A stretch of DNA of 64,000 nucleotides, taken from contig MU056000.1 in NCBI GenBank assembly GCA_013239625.1, positions 7,663,214 to 7,727,213 on the forward strand. Direction: 5' to 3'. Every line of letters starts with the position of its first letter. The first letter of the stretch is position 1. The notes beneath the pieces are model-generated. The model did no database searches, was not told the origin of the DNA, and saw only the letters and a list, made by a program, of their open reading frames with translations. This DNA is from Lama guanicoe. Taxonomy: Eukaryota. This document shows, piece by piece, positions 62,311 through 64,000 of the stretch. The position numbers were made by a program, and so were the translations under genes.

Positions 62311-64000
62311 CAAATAGGATGATGAGCGATCCAGGCACTCATCTGCTCCCATGCTCCATGATTTAAGTTGAGTGCCCAGCCCCAGGGACGTTCAGTCTCA
62401 CCCTCCTTCTTCTCCTTCAAATAAACTTGGAAGACTGTATTCACTTTGGGGTGCTACATTACTGGAGAGAGGTTGACAAATTTGCATGCATGTGGAAAAA
62501 TATGACAGCAATGGTGAAGGTGGTGGAAACGTTAATATTACAACTGAGCTTGAGTTATAATAATAATAAATGCTGCTATGCCCACAGCTGAGGACGGATG
62601 ACCTTGCGGAGACATGCTAGCTGACTTCGAAAACAGCAAGGCTGTCACAGAGAAGAGAAATTAGACATCTCAGAATGGGGTTGGAGGGCCGAAGTTGCAG
62701 ATAAGGAGATCTTTGTTTAATGTAAGTAAGAAGGTCTGACAAATCACAGCCACCCTACAGTGCAATGATGTGCCCCATGAGGGAGTGACTGCAATGACAG
62801 TTAAGATATTTGAACTGAAGGAAATGACTACCGGAGCTGGTACCACCTTTCTTCTTTCAGTAAGACAACTTCCTTCCTCTTGTCACACGTTTTAGCAGGG
62901 ATCGTGGCTACTCACTTTTCCTATCCTCCCTCGCAGTGGGGTAGCTGAGTGTGGCATATGCCTGAGTTCTTGGTCCTGGGAGGGGAACAGGACTTTGGTA
63001 CCTTTTGCATCACTCGCTTCAAAAAACGTCACTTGCCCTCACTTTTCCTCTCTCTCGTCTTATGGGCTGGTGTGACAGAGGAAGAGCCAGGGAGCTTTGT
63101 CCACACAGGCAAGGACAACACCGTAGCACAAGGCAGAGCAACAAGATGTGCCCCAGGGTCACCTGCTGACCCTGGACCACAAGGCTAACCAGGTACGGTT
63201 CCAAGAGGGAAAGAGATACTGGTTTAGCTTGAGCCTCCATAGTTTTGAGTCTCCCTGTTAAGAGTGGTTTAGCCGGTGTCCCAACCAAAATAACTCTCTC
63301 TTGGAGATGAACGTATGACTCAGGTATTATATAAGTGTTTGTGAGCAATGATTTCTGTAATCTTATAATTCTGCATCCCCCCAACAAACTTGTCTCCTGT
63401 CTTCCAAAACCAGTTGTCCCGACAGTCCCTACTATAGTCAAACATCATCACTCCATTGTGTCCATGACCTCATTTTTATAAAGTACCAAGGTTCAAAAAA
63501 GTCAAGAATTGTTGTCTCCCACTTTCTTTTATCCCTTTATCAAGTCTGTTCCCAAGGCTCATCTTCTTTTCCTTTAAAGAAAACATCCTCTGCAAAAATA
63601 CAGATGATAAAGAAACTTTAAAGTTCTCTTTGTGGTTATTTAAACTTAAAGATTGGTTTAAAAAAAAAGTGATGCATTATTTAGCCTGCGTGTGATAACA
63701 TTCTCCTGCAATTGTTTATTTTCCCTTAGGGGAGAAAAATCAGAAGCCAGGCCTTACTAAAGTTGAAAGTTTGGATAACAAACGTGTTTTGGCTCAAAAA
63801 TGCATCAGGAATCCAACATAATTTTGTTATTTGGTCCACACACCCAGCCAGAAGAATATTCTGGTTTATTAAGTGCATCTCTCTCTAAGTATAATAAAGT
63901 AGTCAAATTGATGAAATGTGATTCTTGCCTCTGCGCTTGGGTCCTAGGAGGAAATAAGCCAGTGACAGATGGACCTCTAATTCTGTCCCATAGATAGATA

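Overview
Mammalian genomic DNA, probably camelid (two Vic-1-type tRNA-derived SINEs). The only intact protein-coding content is the 3' end of CTNND2 (delta-catenin) on the minus strand. Its last four coding exons (44793-44667, 40577-40446, 35036-34963, 27577-27317) splice with GT-AG boundaries into one open frame ending in the PDZ-binding motif DSWV*, followed by a ~1.6-kb 3' UTR with AATAAA at 25728-25733. Positions 44794-64000 are a long upstream intron rich in L2, L1, MIR and MaLR. The rest is typical eutherian repeat landscape plus seven N-runs. The most interesting signal is a series of about 15 repeat-poor blocks on the minus strand, from CTNND2 intron 20 (38011) through intron 21 and ~25 kb past the poly(A) site to the left edge. 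Most begin at a plausible 3' splice site, several end at GTAAGT/GTGAGG donors with compatible phases, and they carry long polar/charged reading frames broken by stops, small indels and transposon insertions. I interpret these as a candidate fossil giant multi-exon coding unit (a lost long 3' isoform of CTNND2, or an overlapping unitary pseudogene). This is inference from hand translation and needs comparative-genomic confirmation. Repeat family names are from recall of consensus sequences, and their boundaries are approximate.
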